Shown: piece after piece, positions 1-8,103 of the stretch
How positions within the stretch are numbered: position 1 is the first letter of the stretch
Layout: each line of letters begins with the position of its first letter
IMG/VR virus record: IMGVR_UViG_3300020177_000966
Direction: 5' to 3' (one strand)
DNA from: a virus
Lineage: Duplodnaviria > Caudoviricetes
Length of the DNA: 64,000 nucleotides
The notes under the pieces: generated by a model
The model's input: only the letters and a program-made list of their open reading frames with translations
The model's database searches: none
Told to the model about the DNA's origin: nothing
Translations under genes and position numbers: made by a program

Positions 1-16
1 ACCACGCACAGTAGCG

Positions 17-307
17 ATGGTAGAAGTAGGCGAGCGCACAGGCAACGATGCGCTAGAGTACGCATACTTCCGCACACAGAACCTACATGGTAGCTGGAGC
101 AAAGGTCCTGTAATTGAATGGGACGGGCAAGAGCATGACAATGGTGACTACAGTGATGATGTAACAGTCATGGCCGCACTAGAAACAGTAGACGGCAAGA
201 CCTACGGCCTGCGAAGCACAAGCGTAGGCGATCACATCCTGTTTGGCACTGTGAAGTATCGTGTAGCAAGTTTTGGTTTTGAACAATTAGAGGTTGACTT
301 TGCATAA
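17..307 (+). CDS. hypothetical protein, possibly 5'-truncated by the window edge
   Basis: 96-aa ORF; the frame is open from position 2 to the ATG; codon style matches the neighbouring ORFs. Confidence 0.6.
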   Translation: MVEVGERTGNDALEYAYFRTQNLHGSWSKGPVIEWDGQEHDNGDYSDDVTVMAALETVDGKTYGLRSTSVGDHILFGTVKYRVASFGFEQLEVDFA

Positions 308-356
308 GCAAGGTCGTATACTAAGAGCATAAGTTAACAAAGCAAGAGGGCAAACA

Positions 357-731
357 ATGCAAACAACTATCGACACACAAACAATCACACAGCAAGCAGA
401 ACAAGCATGCCGTACAGCACAACAGAAGTTCCTAGACAACTGGGTAAACACTACAGGTGGCAACACATACGGTGAGCCCGTGTACTGTGGCTTTGCTTGG
501 GTAACTGTATATCCAGAGCACAAGGGTAACACACGCTTAGGCAAAGCAGAGCGAGCAGTCCTAGCACAGATGGGCTTCCGCAAAGACTGGACAGGCAAAG
601 CATACGAGCTTTGGAACCCTACAGGCTATGCGGGACAGAGCATGGACGTTAAGGAAGTAGGAGCGCAAGCATACGCAGAGGTACTGCGTGGTGCAGGCTT
701 TAAAGCATACATGGGAAGCAGAGCAGACTAA
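357..731 (+). CDS. hypothetical phage protein
   Basis: 124-aa ORF, GAGG SD-like sequence upstream, protein-like composition (YCGFAWV, WNPTGY). Confidence 0.75.
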   Translation: MQTTIDTQTITQQAEQACRTAQQKFLDNWVNTTGGNTYGEPVYCGFAWVTVYPEHKGNTRLGKAERAVLAQMGFRKDWTGKAYELWNPTGYAGQSMDVKEVGAQAYAEVLRGAGFKAYMGSRAD

Positions 732-742
732 GGGAGGTCACA

Positions 743-862
743 ATGTATACACTACACGTACCAGCAGGCACATACGCAGAGACTAGCCTACTACGGCTAG
801 CAGTACTAGTCCTAGCACACAGGCTAGAGCACTTGTTTAAAGGTGAAGGCTTTAGAGATTAG
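743..862 (+). CDS. small hypothetical protein (39 aa, MYTLHVPAGTYAETSLLRLAVLVLAHRLEHLFKGEGFRD)
   Basis: Read by hand; strong SD GGGAGG at 732-737, ATG 743, TAG 860-862; below the ORF-track length cutoff. Confidence 0.65.
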   Translation: MYTLHVPAGTYAETSLLRLAVLVLAHRLEHLFKGEGFRD

Positions 863-903
863 TCCTAGCGACTAAGGAGCGTGACACTCCATCAAGTCAC
901 ACT

Positions 904-931
904 AAGGAGGCAGGCAACTGTCTCCTTTTTT
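904..931 (+). terminator. intrinsic terminator of the left-end plus-strand operon
   Basis: AAGGAGGGCAG-GCAA-CTGTCTCCTT stem (one bulge, GNRA loop) running into a T tract. Confidence 0.7.
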
Positions 932-938
932 ATTATCT

Positions 939-1055
939 AAAAAAAATTTGTCGAGGCAAAGAAAATAAAAAAAATTTCTCGAGGGGTCGAGGCATTATAA
1001 GTTATTGTTTTTAAACAGTTTTTTAAGTGCTAGTGGTAGCAAATCACCACCTCGA
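939..1055. repeat. A8-TTT-S-TCGAGG direct repeats plus further TCGAGG copies
   Basis: AAAAAAAATTTGTCGAGG 939-956, AAAAAAAATTTCTCGAGG 967-984, GTCGAGGC 986-993, inverted CCTCGA 1050-1055. Confidence 0.75.
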
Positions 1056-1228
1056 ATCTGTAAGTACTTCTTTATAATTTTTTGCGCGACCAAATTTTTT
1101 CACCCTAAAACCCATTTCGGGCAACAGTGCGTAGAGCGATTAGCGATGCGCTACGAGCACAGCTCGTACTCTAGCGTGTAAACGAGAACCTCTTCACTGT
1201 GCGCTTACGATAGTATACGCACTCTCTC

Positions 1229-1459
1229 TTACTGTATCCATTTGTGGAAGTGTTCACAGAACTGTTGTTGATGTTGTGGGTGTTCAAACCATACAGTGTG
1301 TGCATACACGTCAGTATAGGTGTCCATGCTCCATTCCCAACGCTCACAGTGTTTGCGTAACCATGCTTTAGCTTCTATGTGTAGATCACTGTGTATGCTA
1401 GTGTGGTAGCCTTTTGCACGCCATGCACGTTTGTAGTCACTCTGTTCTAGTGGGGTCAT
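1229..1459 (-). CDS. hypothetical protein
   Basis: 76-aa ORF, Trp/His-rich, in an overlapping minus-strand gene run. Confidence 0.7.
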   Translation of the reverse strand: MTPLEQSDYKRAWRAKGYHTSIHSDLHIEAKAWLRKHCERWEWSMDTYTDVYAHTVWFEHPQHQQQFCEHFHKWIQ

Positions 1460-1607
1460 TGCTTACAGTCCAATTGTCTATGCTAGGAACTATGCCTTGA
1501 AAGTCACAGTCGTGTGCTAGGTACAGTTCGTATTCATAGAACACTTCACCGCAGGTGTTACAGCCAACCCAGCCCATCTTTTGATAGTATTGTTCTTTGT
1601 CAGTCAT
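1437..1607 (-). CDS. small zinc-finger protein (56 aa, C-x2-C-x12-H-x-C)
   Basis: Hand translation MTDKEQYYQKMGWVGCNTCGEVFYEYELYLAHDCDFQGIVPSIDNWTVSNDPTRTE; fills the gap between two ORFs and overlaps both; missing from the ORF track. Confidence 0.7.
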   Translation of the reverse strand: MTDKEQYYQKMGWVGCNTCGEVFYEYELYLAHDCDFQGIVPSIDNWTVSNDPTRTE

Positions 1608-1893
1608 CACGCATTAGATCTAACATGTGAGGATAAGTTTGTGCAAACTCTCTAGGATCTAATGGATCACAACCAGCCGCTTGTAGTACTCTAGTGCCCA
1701 GTACTGTAAGCCATATGTCACCTTGACGATTGCTTTCGAGATATCCTTTGTCAAAGAAAGGAACTAGACTTGCCATTTGATCTTTGTTACGCTTTGCATA
1801 GTCTCCACTTTTAGCACGGATCATATGCATGTAGTCTTGATAGGTTAGATCTGGATCGAAGTATTGCTTATACTGTGATTGTAATTCGTACAC
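1600..1893 (-). CDS. hypothetical protein
   Basis: 97-aa ORF, GTG start preceded by AGGAG SD. Confidence 0.7.
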   Translation of the reverse strand: MYELQSQYKQYFDPDLTYQDYMHMIRAKSGDYAKRNKDQMASLVPFFDKGYLESNRQGDIWLTVLGTRVLQAAGCDPLDPREFAQTYPHMLDLMRDD

Positions 1894-2068
1894 TGTGTTC
1901 TCCTGGTTGTAAAAATATTTATGTAAATTTTATTCTAGGTGTGTGCTATTTCGGCAGCCTAAATTTTCTGCGAAAACGCTTCGCGCTTCTAGTGCTTACC
2001 GCGGGCGGCTTCGCCGTGTTTGACTGCACGAGGGGTGTTCGTGTGTAAATACACATACTACAAGGAGA

Positions 2069-2410
2069 ATGGATATGAAATGGTTAGCCATAACGTTTCT
2101 AGCAGTGCTAACCCAAATGGCTCATGCAGAAACAGCGGAACGAATAATGCCTTTGAGCGTGGTTATACTGTGCTCTCCCTACAACACAGGTGAAAAGCTA
2201 GAGGAGCAGTACGGTGAAATACCTTTCCTAGAAGGTGATGCACAGATACTATCACCTGATCCCAATAGAGTGTACCTAGGCAAGATACGATTGTTTTTAG
2301 ATCCTCAAGACATGAGTTATACCATACTGTTTGACATAGATGACACTGCCAGTTGTTTTCTTACCACAGGTGAACAGATGACTCCTATCGTCGGGGGAGA
2401 CCCTTTATAA
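2069..2410 (+). CDS. hypothetical protein with N-terminal signal-peptide-like segment
   Basis: MKWLAITFLAVLTQMAHA|ET resembles a Sec signal with an AxA cleavage site; AAGGAG SD. Confidence 0.7.
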   Translation: MDMKWLAITFLAVLTQMAHAETAERIMPLSVVILCSPYNTGEKLEEQYGEIPFLEGDAQILSPDPNRVYLGKIRLFLDPQDMSYTILFDIDDTASCFLTTGEQMTPIVGGDPL

Positions 2411-2411
2411 C

Positions 2412-2921
2412 ATGGCTCATACACTGTTGTTAAATGCAGATGCACAGCCGGTCAGCTATTTGCCTTTGAGTGCTATTGCTTGGCAAGAAGCAATCACATA
2501 CCTATGGCTTGAAAAAGTCACAGTACTGGAATGGTATGATGATTGGATTGTGAGTTCAGCATCATGGGAAACTCGTGTGCCAGCTGTGGTCATGCTCAAA
2601 GAAATGTATCGACGGCGGCGGCAACCTAGATTTTCAAAACACAATCTTATGATCCGCGATCTCTACACCTGCCAGTACTGCAACACTCCCTATAGCAAAA
2701 GCCAACTAACACTAGACCATGTAACACCTATCAGTCGAGGTGGCAAGACCGAGTGGACTAATATTGTGGCCGCATGTGGTCCTTGTAACGGACGCAAAGG
2801 CAACAGCACACGAGTAAAGCCTCTACGTGCTCCTCATGCTCCCAGTTATTATGAACTAGTGGCCAATCGCAAACGATTAGAGATGCACATTGCACATCCC
2901 AGTTGGACAGCCTATCTCTAA
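2412..2921 (+). CDS. HNH endonuclease (McrA/HNH_5-like)
   Basis: RDLYTCQYC...TLDHVTPISRGGKTEWTNIVAACGPCNGRK motif. Confidence 0.9.
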   Translation: MAHTLLLNADAQPVSYLPLSAIAWQEAITYLWLEKVTVLEWYDDWIVSSASWETRVPAVVMLKEMYRRRRQPRFSKHNLMIRDLYTCQYCNTPYSKSQLTLDHVTPISRGGKTEWTNIVAACGPCNGRKGNSTRVKPLRAPHAPSYYELVANRKRLEMHIAHPSWTAYL

Positions 2922-3490
2922 CGACGATGTACTCGACGCTGTCTAGCGTATGTGAGTATGTGTCCTTGACTGTAGCTGTTGTGTGGTACATCGCTGGGTG
3001 CATGGCCAATGCCCATCATAAGCTCAAATACCATCAAGCAAGGATCTCGATCAAAACAGTCTGCAAATAGATCTCGTATGATGTCTCCTCTAGCACATGC
3101 ACAGAAGCCTGTGCGAAGTCCCAGCTCTTGTGCGCACAGTGCGGCCGCCGCTGATGAAATGCCTATGCTGTTGCTGGCATCTCTGCGACCTTGTAATGAC
3201 TGCTGATTACTAAACCATATCAGCTGTAGTGGAGCCAACATTTGAGGATTACCGTGACGTGGTAGTGTGCGACCTTTTTTGTCAATGGTGTTTACAGCAT
3301 ACTTGGCAACCTTTGCTCGATACCAAGGATCTGTAACCACAACTAATTCATAGTGCAGTTCATTCTGCTTGGTTGGCATAGTGGTACATGCTTCTACAAT
3401 AGTGTCAATGTCACTGGGTTGCACAGGAAGGTCTAGCCAATTGCGTTGGCAATGTTCTGCTGTTTTAGCCCATTCTAGTATCTTACTCAT
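2918..3490 (-). CDS. nitroreductase-family flavoprotein
   Basis: RNW...PVQPSDIDTIVEACTTMPTKQN...ELVVV and AAAALCAQELGLRTGF pattern typical of the nitroreductase fold. Confidence 0.7.
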   Translation of the reverse strand: MSKILEWAKTAEHCQRNWLDLPVQPSDIDTIVEACTTMPTKQNELHYELVVVTDPWYRAKVAKYAVNTIDKKGRTLPRHGNPQMLAPLQLIWFSNQQSLQGRRDASNSIGISSAAAALCAQELGLRTGFCACARGDIIRDLFADCFDRDPCLMVFELMMGIGHAPSDVPHNSYSQGHILTYARQRRVHRR

Positions 3491-3646
3491 CTAGTATTTA
3501 TTAGTGTTAAACGCACACAAATGGTGTTTAAATTGCGTTTAGAGTTTGAGATAGCCAAACATACTCCAAATGTTCTTAAGTGCAATTTAAGAGCCAATTA
3601 GGCTGGTTTTATATGCATTTGCGGTGTCTGTCGCACGGGTGGTTTT

Positions 3647-4441
3647 TTACCGTGGCCAATACTCTTTTGGTATTGTATTGCCTGGCTCCATGGCCATGCT
3701 AACCAGTTGAGGACACAGTCCAGGATGTGTGAGCTTGTCACGGTTGTGCAGGAAACCAGTTTCAAACCCTGAATCTAAATCAAGCATACCACCTTGTGTA
3801 AATCTTGTGTACAGCTTGTCAGCAAAGATAGTATGGTTCTCAAGAGTCATATGATTAGCTCTAGTGTCAATGCTTTGATTGTACCAATTAGGTATATCAG
3901 TATGGTTAGCAAATTCTCTATCGCATATACTAAAAGTCATGTTACCTCTACATGGATTAAGATCAGTCCAGTCAATATTCATCATAAACGCTGGAATAAC
4001 CTGTAGACGTATTTCACGTTCAATTGATTTCACACGAATAAAATCTGTCATCATCTGTAAGCGAAAGTCTACAAGATCATCTCTATGTAGATGTGCGTAG
4101 TACTGCATAATGGCTTCGTACTTGCCTTCATCTTCTCGTTTTACATCTGCCGCATCTTTAGTGTTTATGATACTAGCAAGATTGCTTAGGTGAGGACGAT
4201 CTTTAAAGAACCAATGCCTGCTAGGTTCAGTTAAGAACAGTACAACAATATCACCTGGAGAATGTTTATCATCAGCAAATGTTTTGAGTATCCATTCGTT
4301 GTTGGTTCCTGCACAGCTCTGTACGTAACAGTTTTCTGCGTTGAGTCTCGGGGCAAGTTGTCGCATCCAACCCCAATCAACTTTCCAGTCTACTGCAAAA
4401 CTATCTCCGTAAATCCAAAGTGATGGGTTAGTTGTCGTCAT
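3647..4441 (-). CDS. hypothetical protein, SGNH/GDSL-like N-terminal motif
   Basis: WIYGDSFA, later G-x-x-N and a C-terminal NH motif. Confidence 0.55.
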   Translation of the reverse strand: MTTTNPSLWIYGDSFAVDWKVDWGWMRQLAPRLNAENCYVQSCAGTNNEWILKTFADDKHSPGDIVVLFLTEPSRHWFFKDRPHLSNLASIINTKDAADVKREDEGKYEAIMQYYAHLHRDDLVDFRLQMMTDFIRVKSIEREIRLQVIPAFMMNIDWTDLNPCRGNMTFSICDREFANHTDIPNWYNQSIDTRANHMTLENHTIFADKLYTRFTQGGMLDLDSGFETGFLHNRDKLTHPGLCPQLVSMAMEPGNTIPKEYWPR

Positions 4442-5219
4442 GTCGAGTTTGAATCTCCATACTTACTGTGTCCATGCCTGTGTCATTGCACTTGGCAATC
4501 CATTCACCATTAGGATCAATAATGCCGCTTGGTGCTTGCACACGATGTTCTATTACTCCGCCCACCATGTCTGTACTAGCATTAGCAACAAATACAATTT
4601 GTGAATTGAGTTTTGCAAACATCTGTAAATGACTTTCATGATAGTTGTATATAACAGGATCAAATTCTTCTGTGTTGCAGTTTGCACTTACAAATACAAA
4701 GTCAGCATCTCTATAATCATTCCATAGATACGGATTGCCTTTTGGACTTGCGCTAGGAAATGCCCAAGCATCATTGCAGATCAAACTGCCTACTGTAGGG
4801 CCAGTTTCTGATAACTGTGTAATCATACCGTGTAGTCCAGGTAGGTAATAATAATTTTCACCTAATCCTGTGTGTGTTCTTGTTAGCAATTGTTTGTTGT
4901 ATGCACTTACAAGTTGTCCTTGATAGTAGTAACGGATCTGATTATAAGGAAAGCCATCTTGCTCATAGTGCCCTGTACCCAGTGCAATACTACGCTTGTT
5001 CTCATGCAAATACTTTTCTAACACTGTTAGTGCTTCAAAGTATTCGCCTTTTTGTTCTTCTGTTCCTTCGTGACACACGTTAGCACAATAACCACTAAGA
5101 CTGCCTTCTGGTGTTAAGATCCAATCTGAATCTTTGTTTGTATCTAGTACGTCTAGTATACACTCTAAATTTTCTTTAATGCTCGCAAATACTGGTTGCT
5201 GGCTAACTGTAATTTTCAT
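4428..5219 (-). CDS. carbon-nitrogen hydrolase (nitrilase superfamily)
   Basis: Catalytic triad motifs LTPEGSLSGY (E), YNKQLL (K), ICNDAW (C). Confidence 0.85.
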   Translation of the reverse strand: MKITVSQQPVFASIKENLECILDVLDTNKDSDWILTPEGSLSGYCANVCHEGTEEQKGEYFEALTVLEKYLHENKRSIALGTGHYEQDGFPYNQIRYYYQGQLVSAYNKQLLTRTHTGLGENYYYLPGLHGMITQLSETGPTVGSLICNDAWAFPSASPKGNPYLWNDYRDADFVFVSANCNTEEFDPVIYNYHESHLQMFAKLNSQIVFVANASTDMVGGVIEHRVQAPSGIIDPNGEWIAKCNDTGMDTVSMEIQTRHDDN

Positions 5220-5920
5220 TTAAATTTTTTCTTCCTGTGAAATAATTTTGCATATGCATCTGACAGGAAGAACTTGAGTCCTGTGTCTCTTTCTATTTTT
5301 GTATCTATGTCAATTTCCATTTGCCAGTCTTCACGTTTGAATGGAATGATCTGTGCAAGTGGTGCTCCTGGCTCTAATACAAAGTGATCTTTTAGTATAG
5401 CACCTGGCCAGTTGTTCCATGGTACATCAATAGTGTCAGTATCGATAATTGCAGGGAACAATCTGTAGCGTTCTTCAAAATGCCAAAACGGACTCATGAT
5501 CAAGCAACTGTATCCGGGCGGAGTTTCAATACGCCACGGTACACTAAATGTAATGTAGTCTCTGCGTTTACCTTCGATGTGTACAGGACACTGTTCGTGT
5601 TCGTGTCCTTCTTGTGGTGCTTGTATGGTCCACCCCATAGGGTACTCTCTAGCAAAGCCTGTAACTCCTGTATCAAATCTAGGAGCAATAGATACTTCTT
5701 GCTCTACAGGGTTAGGTACAATATAGCCTGCATTGATTAGATCGCCCACAGGCATACACTTCTTAATAGTAGGATAACTTTGATGCGGTTCGCCTACCCA
5801 TGCTTTGGTCTTCTTGTACCATTCCGGCTTAGCTTGACTAGCAGGTACAACAGGGTAATGTTTTGCTACACTGGGTTCGCCGCATATGAATTTAATTTTA
5901 TTCAATGTTCTTCCAAACAT
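5216..5920 (-). CDS. conserved phage hypothetical protein (DUF6065-like/dUTPase-like beta fold)
   Basis: IKKCMP...GYIVP, PWRIETPPGYSCL, PAIIDTD, GAPLAQIIPFKR; start placed at MFGRT (5920) to reduce overlap with the upstream gene. Confidence 0.55.
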   Translation of the reverse strand: MFGRTLNKIKFICGEPSVAKHYPVVPASQAKPEWYKKTKAWVGEPHQSYPTIKKCMPVGDLINAGYIVPNPVEQEVSIAPRFDTGVTGFAREYPMGWTIQAPQEGHEHEQCPVHIEGKRRDYITFSVPWRIETPPGYSCLIMSPFWHFEERYRLFPAIIDTDTIDVPWNNWPGAILKDHFVLEPGAPLAQIIPFKREDWQMEIDIDTKIERDTGLKFFLSDAYAKLFHRKKKFK

Positions 5921-6629
5921 GAAAACTGTATCCTTTACCGTTAGTATCACCGCCTTGATTATCTACTTCATTGCCGTCATACTCGATGTTTTGTACAGTG
6001 TCATCACCGTTAAGGTATTCAAGGGTATAAATTTTTAACTTCTTGGGATCAAACTCACCGACAGTTTCGATAATGGCATCAAAGAATGTACCTTTCTCTG
6101 CTGAATGCATTTGAGCAACATAATCGCCTTGTGTATCTTCACCTTCATCTACGCCCATTTCCGTTAGCTCTAGTTCGTAATTGTTAGCTTCTTCTAGATT
6201 GTTAATATAGGCTGACAAGTCTTCGCCGGCAACTACATCAGCAATATGCTTTGCATTATACTCGATACTATCAACTTCTTCAATTGTAACACGAGAATTG
6301 TTATAGTCAATACCCCACTGGTGTGTAAAACCCGTAGGCGACTCATACCAACTTGAACTGTAGTCTTCGCCGGCTACTTTTAAAAACTGTGCAAACTCTG
6401 GTACATCGTCAAGTTCGTCAAAGTCGTACTCACCATCTTCTGCACTTATGCAATAGTGTACGGCATCGCTATCGCCGTGTTCTTCAATATGTGCGCTCCA
6501 AAATTCATACTGTTCTTTTGTAAGATTCATGTATTCTGATTCGCCACCATATCCCCAAAGTTGGATTCTATAGTAGCGTGGTCCTTTTAGTGTTTCGATT
6601 GTTTCAGTTTTTTCTTCTAAGGTTGCCAT
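5898..6629 (-). CDS. acidic hypothetical protein
   Basis: ORF-track frame; start moved to MATLEEK (6629), after an AGGA SD. Confidence 0.7.
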   Translation of the reverse strand: MATLEEKTETIETLKGPRYYRIQLWGYGGESEYMNLTKEQYEFWSAHIEEHGDSDAVHYCISAEDGEYDFDELDDVPEFAQFLKVAGEDYSSSWYESPTGFTHQWGIDYNNSRVTIEEVDSIEYNAKHIADVVAGEDLSAYINNLEEANNYELELTEMGVDEGEDTQGDYVAQMHSAEKGTFFDAIIETVGEFDPKKLKIYTLEYLNGDDTVQNIEYDGNEVDNQGGDTNGKGYSFHVWKNIE

Positions 6630-6639
6630 TTTAATTTCC

Positions 6640-8067
6640 TTACTCTTCGTCGTTTCCAAGATTTGCTAAAAATGATCGTAGTTTAGTTGAGTCTGCTTCT
6701 GCTTTTACTTTGCCAACAGCTTTGCCTTCGCTTGGGTCAGCATCACTGTTAGGTTGTACTGTGGTATTCGTTCTTTTTAAACTATTCATAATAGAACTAG
6801 ATTGTCCGTTATAACTTTGATTATCGTCGTCTTCATCTAAATTATTAATACGCAATGTATCTACATCAAACTCTAAATCGATCTTTTGTCCTACACCGCT
6901 TGAACTACGTGTCTTCATCAACTGAATCTGATAACGTCCGCGTTCACGCATTGCTCTACTTGTAAAGATACCAATCAAGTTGTCCGCTGTATTAATCTTC
7001 GAAATACCGCCACTAATATGACTATGGTCAAATTCAATCTCCTCTACACTTGATCTATTCAACTGCGATGCTGTTACAAACAATGTATTAAGTTCCATTG
7101 CTAGGTTACGTAACTCTTCTGACACATACTTGTCTTTCACAAACAGGTTCTCTGCACTAATCTTAGCCGCAATAGGATGCATCAAATCCAAATAGTCTAC
7201 AAGTAGTACGTCTACTTTGCGTCCTGTTTTAATCTCATACTCTTTCAAATAACTACGGATATCGTTTGCATTTTTGCCTGTGGGCATATACTTGACTTGA
7301 AATGCTCCTGACTTCTTGCCAATCATCTTAACTTTCATTTCAACATCGTCGATATTCTTAAATACATCTCTACTTGGAATACCAGATGTCATACTATCAA
7401 CACGCATACTAACCAAGTTCTCTGAAAGCTCAAATGTCAAATAGATTACATTCAATCCTGCTAAAGCCCAATTCACACCTAAGTTAGCCAAGAACAAACT
7501 CTTACCTGAACCAGAACCGCCTGCAAAGATATTAAGCTCACCTCTGTTGAATCCGCCAAACAGTTTCTTATCTAGCGCAGGCCAGCCTGTACTTACTTGT
7601 CCGTTCTTGTCTTTGATCGCTTCCAAACGTGCCCTAGGATCCGCAAAGTAATCAGTACCAAGATCTTTTTGCAAACCAATCTGCACAGCTTTCTTAACCA
7701 AATCTTCAACAGGGCCATACTCGCCTTTCTCTAGCAAGTCAGCACTTTTAAGGATTGCCGCTTCTAGTGCTTTGTGTCTACTGAATGTTTCAAACTCTTG
7801 CAACAACCAATCATAATGATTCTCCATCAAATCGCCCGGATGCTTTAAGTTAGAATCAGTAGCCGCATTGATCATATCAAATGTAGGAAGTGCATTGTGT
7901 TCTGTTACATAATCGTTTAAGAACTTTGCACTTGCTTGTAAGCGTCTATCAAAACTATTTGGATCAAATACTGCTTGACATCTAACAAATGATTCTGCAT
8001 CTGTCATCATCATTTCAAGGTAAACCTTTTGTATATCGTATCCGTAATCTGTATTTTGTCTTGTCAT
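6640..8067 (-). CDS. replicative DNA helicase, DnaB/T4 gp41-like
   Basis: Walker A GGSGSGKS, LELSE, VDYLDL, TASQLNR, KTRSS; start MTRQN at 8067 directly after a sigma70 promoter. Confidence 0.95.
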   Translation of the reverse strand: MTRQNTDYGYDIQKVYLEMMMTDAESFVRCQAVFDPNSFDRRLQASAKFLNDYVTEHNALPTFDMINAATDSNLKHPGDLMENHYDWLLQEFETFSRHKALEAAILKSADLLEKGEYGPVEDLVKKAVQIGLQKDLGTDYFADPRARLEAIKDKNGQVSTGWPALDKKLFGGFNRGELNIFAGGSGSGKSLFLANLGVNWALAGLNVIYLTFELSENLVSMRVDSMTSGIPSRDVFKNIDDVEMKVKMIGKKSGAFQVKYMPTGKNANDIRSYLKEYEIKTGRKVDVLLVDYLDLMHPIAAKISAENLFVKDKYVSEELRNLAMELNTLFVTASQLNRSSVEEIEFDHSHISGGISKINTADNLIGIFTSRAMRERGRYQIQLMKTRSSSGVGQKIDLEFDVDTLRINNLDEDDDNQSYNGQSSSIMNSLKRTNTTVQPNSDADPSEGKAVGKVKAEADSTKLRSFLANLGNDEE

Positions 8068-8073
8068 ATTCTT

Positions 8074-8103
8074 ATTATACTTTCTTATACCACCGATTGT
8101 CAA
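8074..8103 (-). promoter_or_regulatory. sigma70-type promoter of the helicase gene
   Basis: TTGACA (8103-8098), 18 nt, TATAAT (8079-8074), 6 nt, ATG. Confidence 0.8.

Noticed and set aside
881-909. preQ1-I riboswitch-like hairpin with ACTAA tail
   Set aside because: Lacks the conserved loop and A-rich tail, and lies at an operon end with no downstream gene
2412-2921. HNH gene as part of a mobile element or defence system
   Set aside because: Ordinary stand-alone phage HNH with no flanking repeats, methylase or intron context
3505-3646. Imperfect inverted repeats in the 3490-3647 gap (AAACGCA/TGCGTTT, CACGG/CCGTG)
   Set aside because: Stems are short and interrupted, as expected by chance; no clear terminator or RNA motif
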